Program-made: the position numbers and the translations under genes
NCBI GenBank assembly: GCA_038245785.1
Contig: JBBRSB010000007.1
Coordinates: 1 to 64,000, forward strand
Source: Gloeobacterales cyanobacterium
Lineage (GTDB): Bacteria; Cyanobacteriota; Cyanobacteriia; Gloeobacterales; PMM-0068
Length of the DNA stretch: 64,000 nucleotides
Direction of reading: 5' to 3'
Shown here: positions 50,042 to 61,252 of the stretch, one piece after another
How positions within the stretch are numbered: position 1 is the first letter of the stretch
How the letters are laid out: each line of letters opens with the position of its first letter
The notes under the pieces: generated by a model
What the model was told of the DNA's origin: nothing
The model's database searches: none
Seen by the model: the letters and a program-made list of their open reading frames with translations, nothing else

Positions 50042-50446
50042 ATGCGATTTAAGTATTCAACCACTCGTCCAACCCAAAACGAGTTTGATAGCCTGCCAAG
50101 ACTTCCACTTACATTGCAGCAAGACAATCGCAGCATTGAAACGATTGGTTTAGTGGATAGCGGAGCTACAGTTAACGTCTTGCCTTACGAACTAGGTCTG
50201 CAATTAGGTGCTGTTTAGGATGATCGCAAAGCCATTATTCGATTAGCGGGTAATCTCGGTAATCAGCCAGCGATGCCTTTTTCCGCAACCGCTCAAATTG
50301 GGAATTTTACACCAACCAAATTGGTGTTTGCCTGGGTGAGCAGTCCGAATGTACCCTTAATTCTTGGTCAAACTAACTTTTTCCTTGAGTTTGATATTTG
50401 TTTTTACCGCTCTAAGTCTGAGTTTGAAATTAAACTGAAATCATAG
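50042..50446 (+). pseudogene. Retropepsin-like aspartic protease with internal stop
   Basis: LVDSGATVNVLP, TAG at 50216-18 where the paralog has Trp, PLILGQTNFF. Confidence 0.85.
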
Positions 50447-50545
50447 CCAGCTAGCTATGCCAGTGAGGCTGTCATTAGTACGTGTCTAATACGATGACTC
50501 CGACACGCTGTGCTAGAGTTCAGAGCTAAAGCTCAAGAGATTACG

Positions 50546-50833
50546 ATGACTTCACAAGTGGTTTATCCTCACATCGAGAAGCCAGAGGGTCAGCCTGCTC
50601 ACTTACAAAGGTTGCCCCGCATTCGGGTTGCTCAAATTGTGATGGACTACTTAGCCTATGGCTGGTCCGTAGAGGAGATGTGTCACCAGCATCCTTACCT
50701 CCGCCCCCCGGAAGCTTATGCAGCGATGGGTTACTACTTCGACTACCAGGAAGAAATCGATAGCGAAATTCGCAGTGAATGGGAACAAGCACAGCGAGAA
50801 AGAAAGCAAACTCTTGATTGCACAAACCTCTAA
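50546..50833 (+). CDS. DUF433 protein (orphan)
   Basis: RIRVAQIV...GWSVEE...P.L....YAAM.YY.D..EEI. Confidence 0.8.
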   Translation: MTSQVVYPHIEKPEGQPAHLQRLPRIRVAQIVMDYLAYGWSVEEMCHQHPYLRPPEAYAAMGYYFDYQEEIDSEIRSEWEQAQRERKQTLDCTNL

Positions 50834-50949
50834 ATCTAAAGAGTGGTTAAATACTGTCGAATACTTGCCCTTTCGGTGAGTGACGAAGGAAATAGACTTT
50901 CACAGTATGTATGATAGATGTAAATAACTCAATTTCATTGCGCCGCTTT

Positions 50950-51174
50950 ATGGACTACCACGACATCATCACCATTGAGCCTGGAAAACGCAGTGGCAAG
51001 CCTTGTATTCGAGGAATGCGAATCACGGTGTACGACATCTTAGAATATTTGGCGGGTGGCATGACCGAAGCCAAAATTTTAGAAGATTTTTCTGAACTCA
51101 CCTCAGAGGACATCAAAGCTTGTCTTGCTTTCGCGGCTGACCGCGAGAAGAAACTATTTGTAGCATCGCTGTGA
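50950..51174 (+). CDS. DUF433 antitoxin
   Basis: PGKRSGKPCIRGMRITVYDIL. Confidence 0.92.
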   Translation: MDYHDIITIEPGKRSGKPCIRGMRITVYDILEYLAGGMTEAKILEDFSELTSEDIKACLAFAADREKKLFVASL

Positions 51175-51503
51175 AATTGCTATTAGATGAAAACTTGTCA
51201 GACCGGATTATTTACAAAATTATTGATTTATACCCCGATTCTGAACATGTCAAGACCCTGGCATTGATGAATACAGAAGACGTCATTATCTGGGAATATG
51301 CGAAAGTTAATGGTTTTGTGATTGTTTCTAAAGACTCTGACTTCCATCAGCGCAGTTTACTTTACGGTCATCCACCTAAGTTTGTTTATCTTCGGATTGG
51401 CAATAGCCCAACGTCAAAGATTACTCAAATTTTGAGCGATAACTTTGACACTATCATTCAGTTTGAAGAGAGAGAGGCAGAGAGCATCCTAGTGTTGGCA
51501 TAG
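51171..51503 (+). CDS. DUF5615 PIN-like toxin
   Basis: MKLLLDENLS, IVSKDSDF, GHPPK..LRIGN. Confidence 0.9.
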   Translation: MKLLLDENLSDRIIYKIIDLYPDSEHVKTLALMNTEDVIIWEYAKVNGFVIVSKDSDFHQRSLLYGHPPKFVYLRIGNSPTSKITQILSDNFDTIIQFEEREAESILVLA

Positions 51504-51614
51504 TGTGGAGCAGTTAGCAAACTTGCGCGTCTCATTTCAGGCACGTCAAAATATAAATAAGGATGAAAGGGGATTAATCATGAGCTTGTCACCTGAAATA
51601 CCAATACGCTCTTC

Positions 51615-53021
51615 CTAACGAACGTAGCGAACACTCTCGACCTGACGGGTAAACAGTTCTGTAAAGATACTCAAAACGGTGCGTTTGCGGGTGCGGATAT
51701 TCGCGGAAAGAGACATTCCAGATTGAAGGGTTACGGGCTGCTTATCAATAAGCAAGTCTTGCTGGTTCAGGCGAATTTCCACAGGGAAGCGATAGAAATT
51801 ATAGATCTGGTCCGGCGGTAAGGCATCGGAACCAATTTGGACTACCTTTCCTTTGACATCGCCGTACTCACTAAAAGGAAAAGAGTCAATGCGAACATCC
51901 ACATCCATTCCTTCTTGAATGAAGCCAATATCCCGATTGGTAATGAATACTTTGGCAACCAGGTTTTTATCAGGGACAATTTTGAGAATCGGCTCGCTGG
52001 TAGAGACCACAGCCCCAGGCGTATTCGATTGAAAATCAAAAACTTTGCCGCTGACGGGTGCTTTCAGCTCTTCGTACTGCATCGCCACCTTGCCCCGCTT
52101 TAGCTGACCTTCCAGTTCAGAAAGCTTCTTGTCGTTATCGGCTATCTTGGTTAGGAGTTCCTTGCGATTGAGGGCCGTTGTATTTTGTAAGCGTTGCTGG
52201 GCTTGGGTAGTCGAGGCCTGGAGTCGCTTTTGCTCTTCCCCTAAACGGTCCACTTCGGCCCGACGTTGACGGACTTCCTGTTCTTGACGTCGATACTGAA
52301 GCCTGGGAATACCTCCTTCATCGGCCACAGACTTCAAATCATCAAGGATGTTCTGATTGAGCGCGAGGACATCCTGGGCACTAGCTAAGGCAAAATTATT
52401 CTGGCTGAGTTGTCGTTCGGACTGCTGAATTTCTGACTGAACCCCGGCCAATCGAGAGTTTGCTTCGGCTTGACTGGCTAGGAGCAAGGCTTGTTTGTCT
52501 AGGCTGAGGTTGGGCGCTGGTCTTGAACCTTGCAGCTGGGCACGATAGAGCTGATTTTCTTGGGCTAAAGCATCCCGGATGGCGATGTTGGCGGTCATGT
52601 CCGCCTCAGCATTTCTAGGATCGAGTTTCAACAAAGGTTGGCCTTTCTTTACCTGCTGGCCATCTTTCACGTAGACCGATTTGATCACCCCATTGGCAGG
52701 AGCCTGAACTTTTTTGACTGCTCCCATCGGTTCCAGTTTGCCCTGGGCCGAAACCGCTTCATCGATCTGGAAGACTGCAGCCCAGATAATTACAAAACTG
52801 GTTATAGCTACCAATAACCAGATAATCAGCCGCGACCAAAGGGGAGACTGTCTCAGGATAATGGGCTGGTCAAACGCTTGAGACGAGGTCAAACTCCGGC
52901 TAGGTATGGGGGCTAGCGAAAGCGACACCTGCTTTTGAATAGTCCCTGAACTAATCGGTTGAATAGCCTTGCTGGATTGATTGTTTTGACTAGGCTCTTG
53001 GACTCGATGGTTCGAATTCAT
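51615..53021 (-). CDS. HlyD-family type I secretion adaptor
   Basis: IDEAVSAQGKLEP, LKAPVSG, RIDSFPFSEYG, LQSGMS. Confidence 0.93.
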   Translation of the reverse strand: MNSNHRVQEPSQNNQSSKAIQPISSGTIQKQVSLSLAPIPSRSLTSSQAFDQPIILRQSPLWSRLIIWLLVAITSFVIIWAAVFQIDEAVSAQGKLEPMGAVKKVQAPANGVIKSVYVKDGQQVKKGQPLLKLDPRNAEADMTANIAIRDALAQENQLYRAQLQGSRPAPNLSLDKQALLLASQAEANSRLAGVQSEIQQSERQLSQNNFALASAQDVLALNQNILDDLKSVADEGGIPRLQYRRQEQEVRQRRAEVDRLGEEQKRLQASTTQAQQRLQNTTALNRKELLTKIADNDKKLSELEGQLKRGKVAMQYEELKAPVSGKVFDFQSNTPGAVVSTSEPILKIVPDKNLVAKVFITNRDIGFIQEGMDVDVRIDSFPFSEYGDVKGKVVQIGSDALPPDQIYNFYRFPVEIRLNQQDLLIDKQPVTLQSGMSLSANIRTRKRTVLSIFTELFTRQVESVRYVR

Positions 53022-53032
53022 ACGTTCCCTTT

Positions 53033-55987
53033 CTATAGCTGAGCTTGTTGTTGCTGATAGAGGCAGTAATAGCGGCCTTTGAGCGCAGTCAATTCGTCAT
53101 GAGTCCCTTGTTCTACCACCGCGCCTTGGTCCATGACGACAATCACGTCGGCATTCCGTATAGTGCTCAGGCGATGGGTAATAAAGAAGACGCTTCGTCC
53201 ACGGAAAACTTCGACCAGATTTTGGCAGACCTGACGCTCCGTGTTGTAGTCCAGGGCACTGGTGGCTTCGTCTAAAACTAAGAGCTGTGGATTTTGCAGC
53301 ACCATCCGGGCAATGGCGATTCGCTGCCGCTGCCCCCCAGAGAGCGCAGAACCCCGCTCCCCAACCCGCGTGTTGTAGCCATTGGGCAAGGACATGATGA
53401 ACTCGTGGGCTACTGCCACCTTAGCGGCATAGACGATTTCTTCTGGAGAAGCCTCAGGAGAGGCCAGAGCAATGTTTTCCTGAACAGTGCCATCGAATAA
53501 GAGCGGGTCTTGCAGGACTAAACCGATTTGCTGACGCAGAGAATACAACTCTACTTTGCTAATGTCATAGCCATCCACCAGAATTCTTCCCGCTTCCGCT
53601 TCATAAAGCCGAGGCAGGAGTTTCATCAAAGTGCTTTTGCCAGAACCACTTTGGCCGACGACACCAACAAAGGTTCCTACTGGAAAATCCAGGCTGACAT
53701 TGATTAACTGGGGAGCAGCACTGCCATTGCTGGCGAAGCGGAAGGTAACATTTTCGTACTTCACCGCACCTTGAATCGCAGGCATCGGGATGTTCTGACG
53801 GTCCAGATCTTCTGCTTCACGGGGCGTATCGACAATATCGCTCAGGCGCTCCAGAGACAAAGCCGTTTCCTGGAAGTTTTGCCAGAGCTGCACGAGCCGC
53901 AGTAGAGGACTGGTGGTATAGCCCGCAATAATCCGGAAAGCAATCAGCTGGCCCAAGGTTAACTGCCCTTTGAGGACGAGATAGGCTCCAACCCACAGCA
54001 GAAGCAAACCAGAGAGTTGATTGAGGAACTGACTGAAAGAGTTAGCCGCTGTAGCCGTGAGGACGGTATTAAAACCAGCACTCACGTAGCGGCCATAGCG
54101 CTCTTGCCATTGCCAGCGAGAACGTAGTTCGATATTTTGAGCCTTGACCGTCTGGATGCCGGAAATCGCCTCGACAAAATAGGATTGAGCTTCGGCATTG
54201 CGTTCTGCTTTGGTCCGCAACTGCCTGCGAATAATCGGTGAAGCCAGGAAGGTAACTAAGGCAAAGAGTGGAATCGTAGACAAGGCCACCAGGGTTAACA
54301 CCCAGCTATAGATAGCCATGACCACGATGTAGATTACGGAGAAGATGGCGTCTAAGACGACGGTGAGTGCGGTTCCGGTTAGGAATTGACGGATATTTTC
54401 GAGCTCATTGACGCGAGTGGATAACTCCCCCACCGGACGTTTTTCAAAATAACGAAGAGGCAGACGCAAGAGGTGGTCAATAATTTCTGCGCCCAAAGCC
54501 ATATCAATACGATTGGTTGTATCGACAAAGAGATAGGTTCGCAAAGCGCCTAGTAAGGCTTCAAAGACAGCTACGACGAGCAGGAAAATACCCAAGACCT
54601 GCAGCGTATCCAAACTGTTTTGGACTAAAACTTTGTCAATGATGATCTGGACGATCAGGGGATTGGCTAAACCAAAAAGTTGGACAAAGAAGGAAGCGAC
54701 CAGTACTTCAAACAAGACTTTACGGTAGCGCCAGAGGGAAGGCAAAAACCAACTCAGGCTAAATCGCTGCTGAGGAGTTTGGGGAGTGGTTTTCAGCAGT
54801 AGAACCTGGCCTTCCTCTCCCCAAAGCCGCATAAACTCTGCGGACTTACAGCGCACAATACCCTTGCTTGGGATTCCTAAAACCAATTCCTTGTCGCTGA
54901 TCCGAAAGAGTACCGCCAGGTGATCTTGCCAGCGCACTAGAGCAGGGGCCTGTAGACGAGCGACTGCTGTGGCAGGCACGGTCACCAGTTGTGCATTCAA
55001 CCCCATCAGTTCGGCAACCGCCCCGCAAACAGACAGGGGCAGCTCCCCCGCACGCTCAAGCTGCTGACCGAGCACCCGACGAATAACTTCCCTGCGGAAT
55101 GGAGTATCTAAGGACTTACTAAGCATCTGAAAACAGGCGAGGGCTTCTTCCAGCGCACCACGCCCCCGCACAAGGGGATATTGCTCCTGTTGCTTACGAT
55201 TTTCTACAGGCTCAGGCACTACTTCTGGAGCATAGGGAATGGTCTCTATGGGAAGAACAGCCTGGGTCAGCGCGGGAAGGGCCTGCATTGGTCGCAACCG
55301 TTCTCGAAATCCCACGAGCCGCGCCGGGCTTTCCACGTTTAGCTCAGAACGTCCATTATTAGGAACGAGTCGACTGCCCACGGGAAAATGTGTAATTACA
55401 CCGCTGCTGACCAACCAAACCCAGTCAGGGTCCAACTGCTGGGCCAATTGTTTGCCGGTCGGCAGAACGCGCACCTGGACTGCTGACCCAATTTCGGTAG
55501 CTAATTCTTTTAAATCAACGGTGCCATCGGCCTGCTGCGCTAGCTGTGCGCCTAATAGGTCAAATAGCTCAATAAAAGCGCACTGGTCTTGGAAGGCTGC
55601 ACGGAAAGAGGATTCCTGGGTGACTAATTCCAAAAAATCTGCAGCGGGTAGAGCAAATCCAATCAGCTCTGTCGAAGCGGTAACAGTTTCACAGGCAATA
55701 CCGCGCACAAGACCAGCCCAACCGATAACATCACCAGGCTCCAGAATCTGGAGGGTTGTTGGTATTTCTGTCCGGGGATCATAGCCGAGCAGTCGCGCTT
55801 GTCCTTCGTAGAGAATAAATACCTGGGTGGGAAGCTTCTCTCGGACCAGGATCGCTTGCCCCATTCGATAGCGCAGGGGTTGCAGCTTTTCGAGCAACTT
55901 TTCGAGCGCAGGAGCGGATAGTTGGTCAAAAGGAGTGTAGTTTATTAAAAAACTTTTGAGTGTATCGCGCGTAGAAATATAGGTCAT
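53033..55987 (-). CDS. Type I secretion ABC transporter with cNMP-binding and C39-like domains
   Basis: ABC membrane domain, GQSGSGKS, LSGGQRQR, LDEATSALD. Confidence 0.93.
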   Translation of the reverse strand: MTYISTRDTLKSFLINYTPFDQLSAPALEKLLEKLQPLRYRMGQAILVREKLPTQVFILYEGQARLLGYDPRTEIPTTLQILEPGDVIGWAGLVRGIACETVTASTELIGFALPAADFLELVTQESSFRAAFQDQCAFIELFDLLGAQLAQQADGTVDLKELATEIGSAVQVRVLPTGKQLAQQLDPDWVWLVSSGVITHFPVGSRLVPNNGRSELNVESPARLVGFRERLRPMQALPALTQAVLPIETIPYAPEVVPEPVENRKQQEQYPLVRGRGALEEALACFQMLSKSLDTPFRREVIRRVLGQQLERAGELPLSVCGAVAELMGLNAQLVTVPATAVARLQAPALVRWQDHLAVLFRISDKELVLGIPSKGIVRCKSAEFMRLWGEEGQVLLLKTTPQTPQQRFSLSWFLPSLWRYRKVLFEVLVASFFVQLFGLANPLIVQIIIDKVLVQNSLDTLQVLGIFLLVVAVFEALLGALRTYLFVDTTNRIDMALGAEIIDHLLRLPLRYFEKRPVGELSTRVNELENIRQFLTGTALTVVLDAIFSVIYIVVMAIYSWVLTLVALSTIPLFALVTFLASPIIRRQLRTKAERNAEAQSYFVEAISGIQTVKAQNIELRSRWQWQERYGRYVSAGFNTVLTATAANSFSQFLNQLSGLLLLWVGAYLVLKGQLTLGQLIAFRIIAGYTTSPLLRLVQLWQNFQETALSLERLSDIVDTPREAEDLDRQNIPMPAIQGAVKYENVTFRFASNGSAAPQLINVSLDFPVGTFVGVVGQSGSGKSTLMKLLPRLYEAEAGRILVDGYDISKVELYSLRQQIGLVLQDPLLFDGTVQENIALASPEASPEEIVYAAKVAVAHEFIMSLPNGYNTRVGERGSALSGGQRQRIAIARMVLQNPQLLVLDEATSALDYNTERQVCQNLVEVFRGRSVFFITHRLSTIRNADVIVVMDQGAVVEQGTHDELTALKGRYYCLYQQQQAQL

Positions 55988-56748
55988 GAAGAAGTTCCTA
56001 TAAGCTCTTTAGTCTCAAAATCCTGGGCTTGCATAGGACCTAGGTTTTCCAGCTGTTCTTGAAGCCAGCTTTGGAATAATTCAGCTAAAAGCTGTTGCCG
56101 CATCGGTTCATCCAACTGTGCGGGAATAAACTTTTCTAAGCGAACAATCACCCACCATTGCCCTAGCTGCATCGGAGCCCACAGTTGCTCTGGCTGACTA
56201 ACTGCCAGCACTCTTGCCAGGGTGGGATGCAGCGTTCCCAAGGGGATAGGACCAACCAGTCCGCCCGTTTGAGCCTCGGGGCCTTGCGAGTATTCACAAG
56301 CCAGGGGCGCAAAGCTCTGTTCCTGGTCATAGATGCGAAAGTAGAGTTCCTGGGCTACCCCTAAGTCTTGGATGCGGATCAGGCTATAGACGGCTCGGTC
56401 CAGGTGAGATTTACGCTGGAGAAAGTAAGATTCCAACTTCTTTTCCCACATAGCCCGTTTATAGCGTTCCAGGCGTAAGGGTCTAGTTGCCAGGGTCGTC
56501 AATTGTCTACGGGTTATGTGCTGTTTCGCTAACCAGGCTTGTTGCTCTGTCTCAGAGCCGATTTGATGCTGCTCATAGAACTGCTGTAAGCACTGAGCCT
56601 GTTCTTCCACCGTGCAGCCTATTTCGGCAATCGCTTGGTCTGTGACAAGCTCCCGTAGAAGCTGGGGCAACAGTTGATAACCAGCCAGGAGCGGCACCAG
56701 CTCCCCAGCGGTGATGATCCGATTGCCTACTTTGAGGATTCCAGTCAT
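55984..56748 (-). CDS. PpiC/parvulin-type peptidylprolyl isomerase
   Basis: YSLIR...AQELYFRI, YSQGPEAQTGGLVGP. Confidence 0.85.
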   Translation of the reverse strand: MTGILKVGNRIITAGELVPLLAGYQLLPQLLRELVTDQAIAEIGCTVEEQAQCLQQFYEQHQIGSETEQQAWLAKQHITRRQLTTLATRPLRLERYKRAMWEKKLESYFLQRKSHLDRAVYSLIRIQDLGVAQELYFRIYDQEQSFAPLACEYSQGPEAQTGGLVGPIPLGTLHPTLARVLAVSQPEQLWAPMQLGQWWVIVRLEKFIPAQLDEPMRQQLLAELFQSWLQEQLENLGPMQAQDFETKELIGTSS

Positions 56749-56757
56749 ATTATTCCT

Positions 56758-58545
56758 CTATCCAGTCACAAGCGGTCCGTTGCTGACCCCGGCGACTAAG
56801 CCATTAAGGGCCACCGCAGTGTTCACGGCAAAAGGATGAGGCAGACTCCCCTGGGCAAAGTCACCTTTAGGATTGACTTCAAATTGGCTGACAATCTGGG
56901 GTTGGCGATGTCTAATTTCCTCAGGATTGGCTATTAGCTCCGCTTCGGTATAGGGAGCGATTCCATAGGTCGTTACCGTCAGTTTTTGGGTGCTGGGAGC
57001 AATTTCAAAGTCGGTCCAGCTGTAGCTATGGGCTGCTACATAATCTCCCTGGAGCAAGGTGGCATCAATCAAACCTTTCGCCACAGGTAAATTGGCATTT
57101 AAACCGATGGGGTCATAGCCCAAGGGAGCCAGCTGCGCATTGAGGAGCTGCTTCAGAAAGTCATCTTTATCATTGACAAGGCTGTCTAGATCGTTGGCCA
57201 CAGGTAGCGCGTCGTAAAAAGCTTTCTGCTCCTTAGAAAGAAGACCAAAAGCTGAGGAAAGATCCACGACTGTCGGACCGAGGGGCGCATCAAAGCCGAC
57301 AGAGCCTGTGGTGATTTCGAAGGCATTAGTCGCTTTCTGGTCCTGGCCTGGCCCTTCTTGATAGGTAAGGTTATTGACCAAGGTGCCGTGGATATCAGCA
57401 GCGACAAAGACCACGTTATTAATGTGGTTGTCATCAATAAACTTCAGCAGTTCGGTGCGCTCGGTCCCATAGCCTTCATAGCGGTCTCCAGCAGCCGTCA
57501 CCCCCAGATTTTGGATCGGCTCAGGCACCATCACGAACTTCCAGGTAATGCCCTGCTGATCGGCTTGGAGCAAATCTCGTTTCAGGTCTGCCAGCTGTTG
57601 ATTACCCAATAGGGTGCGACGAGTGGTTTGCTGTTCTGTCAGTGGGTCAATATCAAAAGAACGGGCCAAAAATGCACCGACTTGCGCTGGGTCCGCAGCA
57701 TTGCCCACAGGACTAAGCTCTTGATCTCGGAAGGACCGAGCATCAAGCAGGAAGGTCGCTGCGTCCTTGCCGTAGGTATTAGAGCGGTAGAGCTTTTGTG
57801 CTCCGGCGGTGCGTGGATCACCCGTATCGCCGTAGAACTCATTGCGGAGAGGATTGTACTCCTGGAAGGCCTGTACGCCATTTTTATAGAGGGTCGTATT
57901 GTTAATCAGCCCTGTGGTGGTCCCAAAGCGGGGATCGGAAGCAGCGGGGGCTCCTCCGGCAAAATCATTCGTTACTTCATGGTCATCCAAGGTGGACAGG
58001 ATTGAAGTAGAAGCCCTAAGGTCTCCGAAGGCATTCAGGCCTGAGCGGTCACTGTAGACTTCATTATGTTTGACCCGGAATTCATCGAGCGTGGTGGCTT
58101 GGGCCAGCGGTAGATCTGGAGAAGGGAAGTCAGCGTAAATCGTATCGCCATGCTCAATGAAGAAGTCCAGGTTTAGTTCAGGAGCGTTACGAATCGCAGG
58201 ATAGGGGCTCAATTCACCCCGCCAATCGCCTGCCACTCCGAAACGCAATCCAATACTCGTCCCCGGATCGGCTGCCGTCTTAAACTGACCTAGGGCCGTA
58301 TTTCCATTGGCATCGGTGACCCGATAAAAGTAGCGAGTGCCAGCAGTAAGCTCTTGCACTTCTTGCTTCACTGGCACTAGGGGCTCTGTGACCGTCTGGC
58401 TGAAGCTGCCTAGAATGCCGCTGAAGTCAGGGTCTGTCGCATACTCAAAGGTGACTGAGCCAGGAGTCGCGCTTCGGGTCCACAAAACCGTAGAGGATTG
58501 GGTCGTATCGCCGGAAGCTACTTGGTTTGGAAAGGCACTATCCAT
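56758..58545 (-). CDS. phoD: PhoD-family alkaline phosphatase
   Basis: VASGD, GDTIYAD, DDHEV.ND, LDARSFRD, ADIH. Confidence 0.88.
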   Translation of the reverse strand: MDSAFPNQVASGDTTQSSTVLWTRSATPGSVTFEYATDPDFSGILGSFSQTVTEPLVPVKQEVQELTAGTRYFYRVTDANGNTALGQFKTAADPGTSIGLRFGVAGDWRGELSPYPAIRNAPELNLDFFIEHGDTIYADFPSPDLPLAQATTLDEFRVKHNEVYSDRSGLNAFGDLRASTSILSTLDDHEVTNDFAGGAPAASDPRFGTTTGLINNTTLYKNGVQAFQEYNPLRNEFYGDTGDPRTAGAQKLYRSNTYGKDAATFLLDARSFRDQELSPVGNAADPAQVGAFLARSFDIDPLTEQQTTRRTLLGNQQLADLKRDLLQADQQGITWKFVMVPEPIQNLGVTAAGDRYEGYGTERTELLKFIDDNHINNVVFVAADIHGTLVNNLTYQEGPGQDQKATNAFEITTGSVGFDAPLGPTVVDLSSAFGLLSKEQKAFYDALPVANDLDSLVNDKDDFLKQLLNAQLAPLGYDPIGLNANLPVAKGLIDATLLQGDYVAAHSYSWTDFEIAPSTQKLTVTTYGIAPYTEAELIANPEEIRHRQPQIVSQFEVNPKGDFAQGSLPHPFAVNTAVALNGLVAGVSNGPLVTG

Positions 58546-58565
58546 CGAGGCTGGTTTCCTTTGAT

Positions 58566-61136
58566 TTAGGTGAAGACGAAACTACTGGTATTGATGGAAG
58601 AGCTCTGCACGCCTAACAGAACCGCCAGGTCTTTTCCCTGATTGGAGATAAAGGTATCTGCCCCTCGTTGACTTAGAGAAAGGTCCCGAAACGATAATCC
58701 CAGCCCGGAAATGCCAAGGACATCGGTGCCTACCTGGAAATCGGTGATGGTATTAGCCGTTTTAGGAATCACGCCATTGGCTATCCAGAATTGGTCGGCG
58801 CCATCGCCTCCAGTCAGGTTGTTGCGCCCCCCTTCCCCAACAAAGAAACGGTCATTGAGCGCTGTCCCAATTAGCGAATCGTTCTTATCTAAGAAGAAGT
58901 CTTTCCCTGCCTTTGGATCGGGATTGACGCCTGCACGGGGGTCCAGCTTGAGGGGATTCTCCAACTTCAGCAGAATGCTCTCGTTGTTATCAATGGCCGG
59001 GGGCCGACCGATGGAGAAAGGATAGTTGTTGTCATTGGCTACCAGGATCGTGTTTTTATCAAGGACCAGAACATCTTCGATGGTCTCGAAAGGGAATTTG
59101 AAGGTGGTTTTGCCATCTTTATTGAGGTCGTTGGGGTCCTGGATATTGAGCAGATCCACTACTTCCTCTTTGGCAAAAAAACCGTCGCTATCTTTCTTGG
59201 AGAGGTCCACCTTGAAGATTTTTTTGAATTTGGCAGCATCTCCCTGATTGGGGTCGCGCTCAATCACCAGATACTCATTGCTGTTGATAACGGTAAAGTC
59301 TCCAATCGCATTGCTTGGGCTTTCCAGGCGATAGTAGCCAAGCAGTCCCTGAAACTTACTGGAAGCAACATCAAACTCGTAGACCCTGAGGGCATTGGTA
59401 GGATCTCCCACCACAGGCCCTTCTAGTAAAGGATAGAGTTTGGTCCGATCTGGGCTGATTGCCAATCCCTCAAAGCCTTTAGAGCGACCGAGATTGGAAA
59501 GTTTCTCTCCAGAGAGGACATCCGGATTCTGGGGAGAACGGACCAGATCTTCGGTGGCCTGCGTCCGGACTTTAACGCCCGTGCCGGAGAAATCGGTAAA
59601 GTAACCATCTACCCCAAGCTGAATAAACTGGCGGTACTCTAACTCTGGGTCTCCCTTATAGTCGGCAGCCAAATAGCGGTCTTCGTTACGGAAGGTATAA
59701 GGATGGACCAGCAAGTTCGCAGCATGGGCATCCTTGACCAAAGACGTGGGAGAGAGCAAGGTCTTGTCGGCATCATTGACGGCTCCATCCCCGTTGATAT
59801 CATCTGCCTTTCCATCGCCATCAGCATCGGTGCCTTTGACAGAGACGATCATCCGTTTCCAGGGGCCAATTCCGTCAGCATAGCTAGCAATTTCTTTTAA
59901 GCCTTCGGGGGTCCGCAAGTCTCCATAGGTGCGAGGGTCTCCACTGACTACAAAATCGTAGGGTCTGGTTTCAATCAGCTTGCCATCGAGGGCCACATCG
60001 GTTGCATCCAGCAGTTGGATCAGGGGCAGATCAATCAGCTGATTGAGTTTCTTCAGATTGCCCACTTCAAAAGATTGGATAAATACTCGGCTTGGGTCAG
60101 TGAAGTTATTCTGCCTCAGGATATCGACGAGGGGCTGTTCGAGGGATAAACCGACGGAGGCATGATAGGTAGGATGTTTGGTTTCAGGATAAATGCCAAT
60201 TTTGCGTCCCGTTTCCGCTTCCACCTGCTTGACCAGGTCAATGATCTCTTGGAGGGTGGGGACTTCAAACTGACCATTGAAAGATTGGTCACGGAAAGGC
60301 AGACGCTCTTTTGCTTTCAATGTCTTAATTTCAGCCAGGGTGAAATCATCGGCAAACCAGCCTGTCTCCGCTACACCATCAATCGTTTTTGTGCTGAAGC
60401 GGTCTGCAAATTCTGGTCGGTCCGCAACGTCTGTCGTGTCCTTAATGTTGACTTCGTGGCGCGCAATCAGGACTCCATCCTTGGTCGAAACGAGGTCAGG
60501 TTCAATAAAATCAGCGCCTAGCTCAATCGCTAACCCATAGGAAGCCAGGGTATGTTCTGGCCGGAGTCCGGCAGTTCCTCGATGACCAATAACAATCGGA
60601 GGCTTTCCATCCAACGTATTGAGCTTTGGAACATTGGGAGTGCTAACCGGAGCATCTAAAAGTTTGCCTGTTGCATCGAAATGCAATAGATAGGGTCCAA
60701 ATTCATCGCCGATCCAGATTGTGCCATCCTTAGCCAAAACGAAGGACTCAACGTCAAAATCAGCCCCAGTCAGCAGACGGTCATTCGTCCCGTCATTGGT
60801 GATTTTAAAAGGAACCTTGCCATCGGGGTCTGAGAGCTGGATAAAGTCTAAAACCTTGACACTGCCATCTCCTGACTGCTCACGCTGAAAGTTGGGCTCC
60901 AGACGATACAGGCGCAATAGAAAGTCAGCACTGTTGTCTTTCGCTCCAAAGCCATTATCCGCAAGGAACCAGTAGGAATTCTGTCCTGCAGACTGAACGC
61001 CGCTAAAACCTTGAACAGGTTGCCCTGTAAAAGGTCCCGTCCGACCATTCGCAGAAATATTTTTACCTGCATCGGGACCTTCAGCAAAGGTATCGGCAGG
61101 CAGTTGAGCAAATCCTTGTAGCTGTACGTTTGGCAT
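58566..61136 (-). CDS. Phytase-like esterase with inserted glycerophosphodiester phosphodiesterase domain and RTX-like C-terminus
   Basis: DEFGPY, IGHRG...[35 protein letters not shown]. Confidence 0.85.
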   Translation of the reverse strand: MPNVQLQGFAQLPADTFAEGPDAGKNISANGRTGPFTGQPVQGFSGVQSAGQNSYWFLADNGFGAKDNSADFLLRLYRLEPNFQREQSGDGSVKVLDFIQLSDPDGKVPFKITNDGTNDRLLTGADFDVESFVLAKDGTIWIGDEFGPYLLHFDATGKLLDAPVSTPNVPKLNTLDGKPPIVIGHRGTAGLRPEHTLASYGLAIELGADFIEPDLVSTKDGVLIARHEVNIKDTTDVADRPEFADRFSTKTIDGVAETGWFADDFTLAEIKTLKAKERLPFRDQSFNGQFEVPTLQEIIDLVKQVEAETGRKIGIYPETKHPTYHASVGLSLEQPLVDILRQNNFTDPSRVFIQSFEVGNLKKLNQLIDLPLIQLLDATDVALDGKLIETRPYDFVVSGDPRTYGDLRTPEGLKEIASYADGIGPWKRMIVSVKGTDADGDGKADDINGDGAVNDADKTLLSPTSLVKDAHAANLLVHPYTFRNEDRYLAADYKGDPELEYRQFIQLGVDGYFTDFSGTGVKVRTQATEDLVRSPQNPDVLSGEKLSNLGRSKGFEGLAISPDRTKLYPLLEGPVVGDPTNALRVYEFDVASSKFQGLLGYYRLESPSNAIGDFTVINSNEYLVIERDPNQGDAAKFKKIFKVDLSKKDSDGFFAKEEVVDLLNIQDPNDLNKDGKTTFKFPFETIEDVLVLDKNTILVANDNNYPFSIGRPPAIDNNESILLKLENPLKLDPRAGVNPDPKAGKDFFLDKNDSLIGTALNDRFFVGEGGRNNLTGGDGADQFWIANGVIPKTANTITDFQVGTDVLGISGLGLSFRDLSLSQRGADTFISNQGKDLAVLLGVQSSSINTSSFVFT

Positions 61137-61196
61137 GGGTGGCGATTCCTGGTAGCTAACAGTAGAAAATTCGTGGTTTGAGTTTGTATATGAATA

Positions 61197-61228
61197 AAAA
61201 GGGCAGACTCAGCCGTGGGCCTGCCCAG
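61197..61228 (-). terminator. Rho-independent terminator
   Basis: Minus strand: GGGCAGGCCCACGGCTGAGTCTGCCC TTTTT. Confidence 0.65.
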
Positions 61229-61252
61229 GATCCCATTTGTCGCTTTGAAAAC

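Noticed and set aside
3169..50446. In-frame stops as evidence of stop-codon recoding
   Set aside because: All three stop types occur, they are confined to accessory genes, and core genes terminate normally. Ordinary nonsense decay is the simpler explanation.
55239..60540. Numerous antisense or overlapping short ORFs in the track
   Set aside because: They are shadows of long, well-supported genes and have no recognisable motifs.
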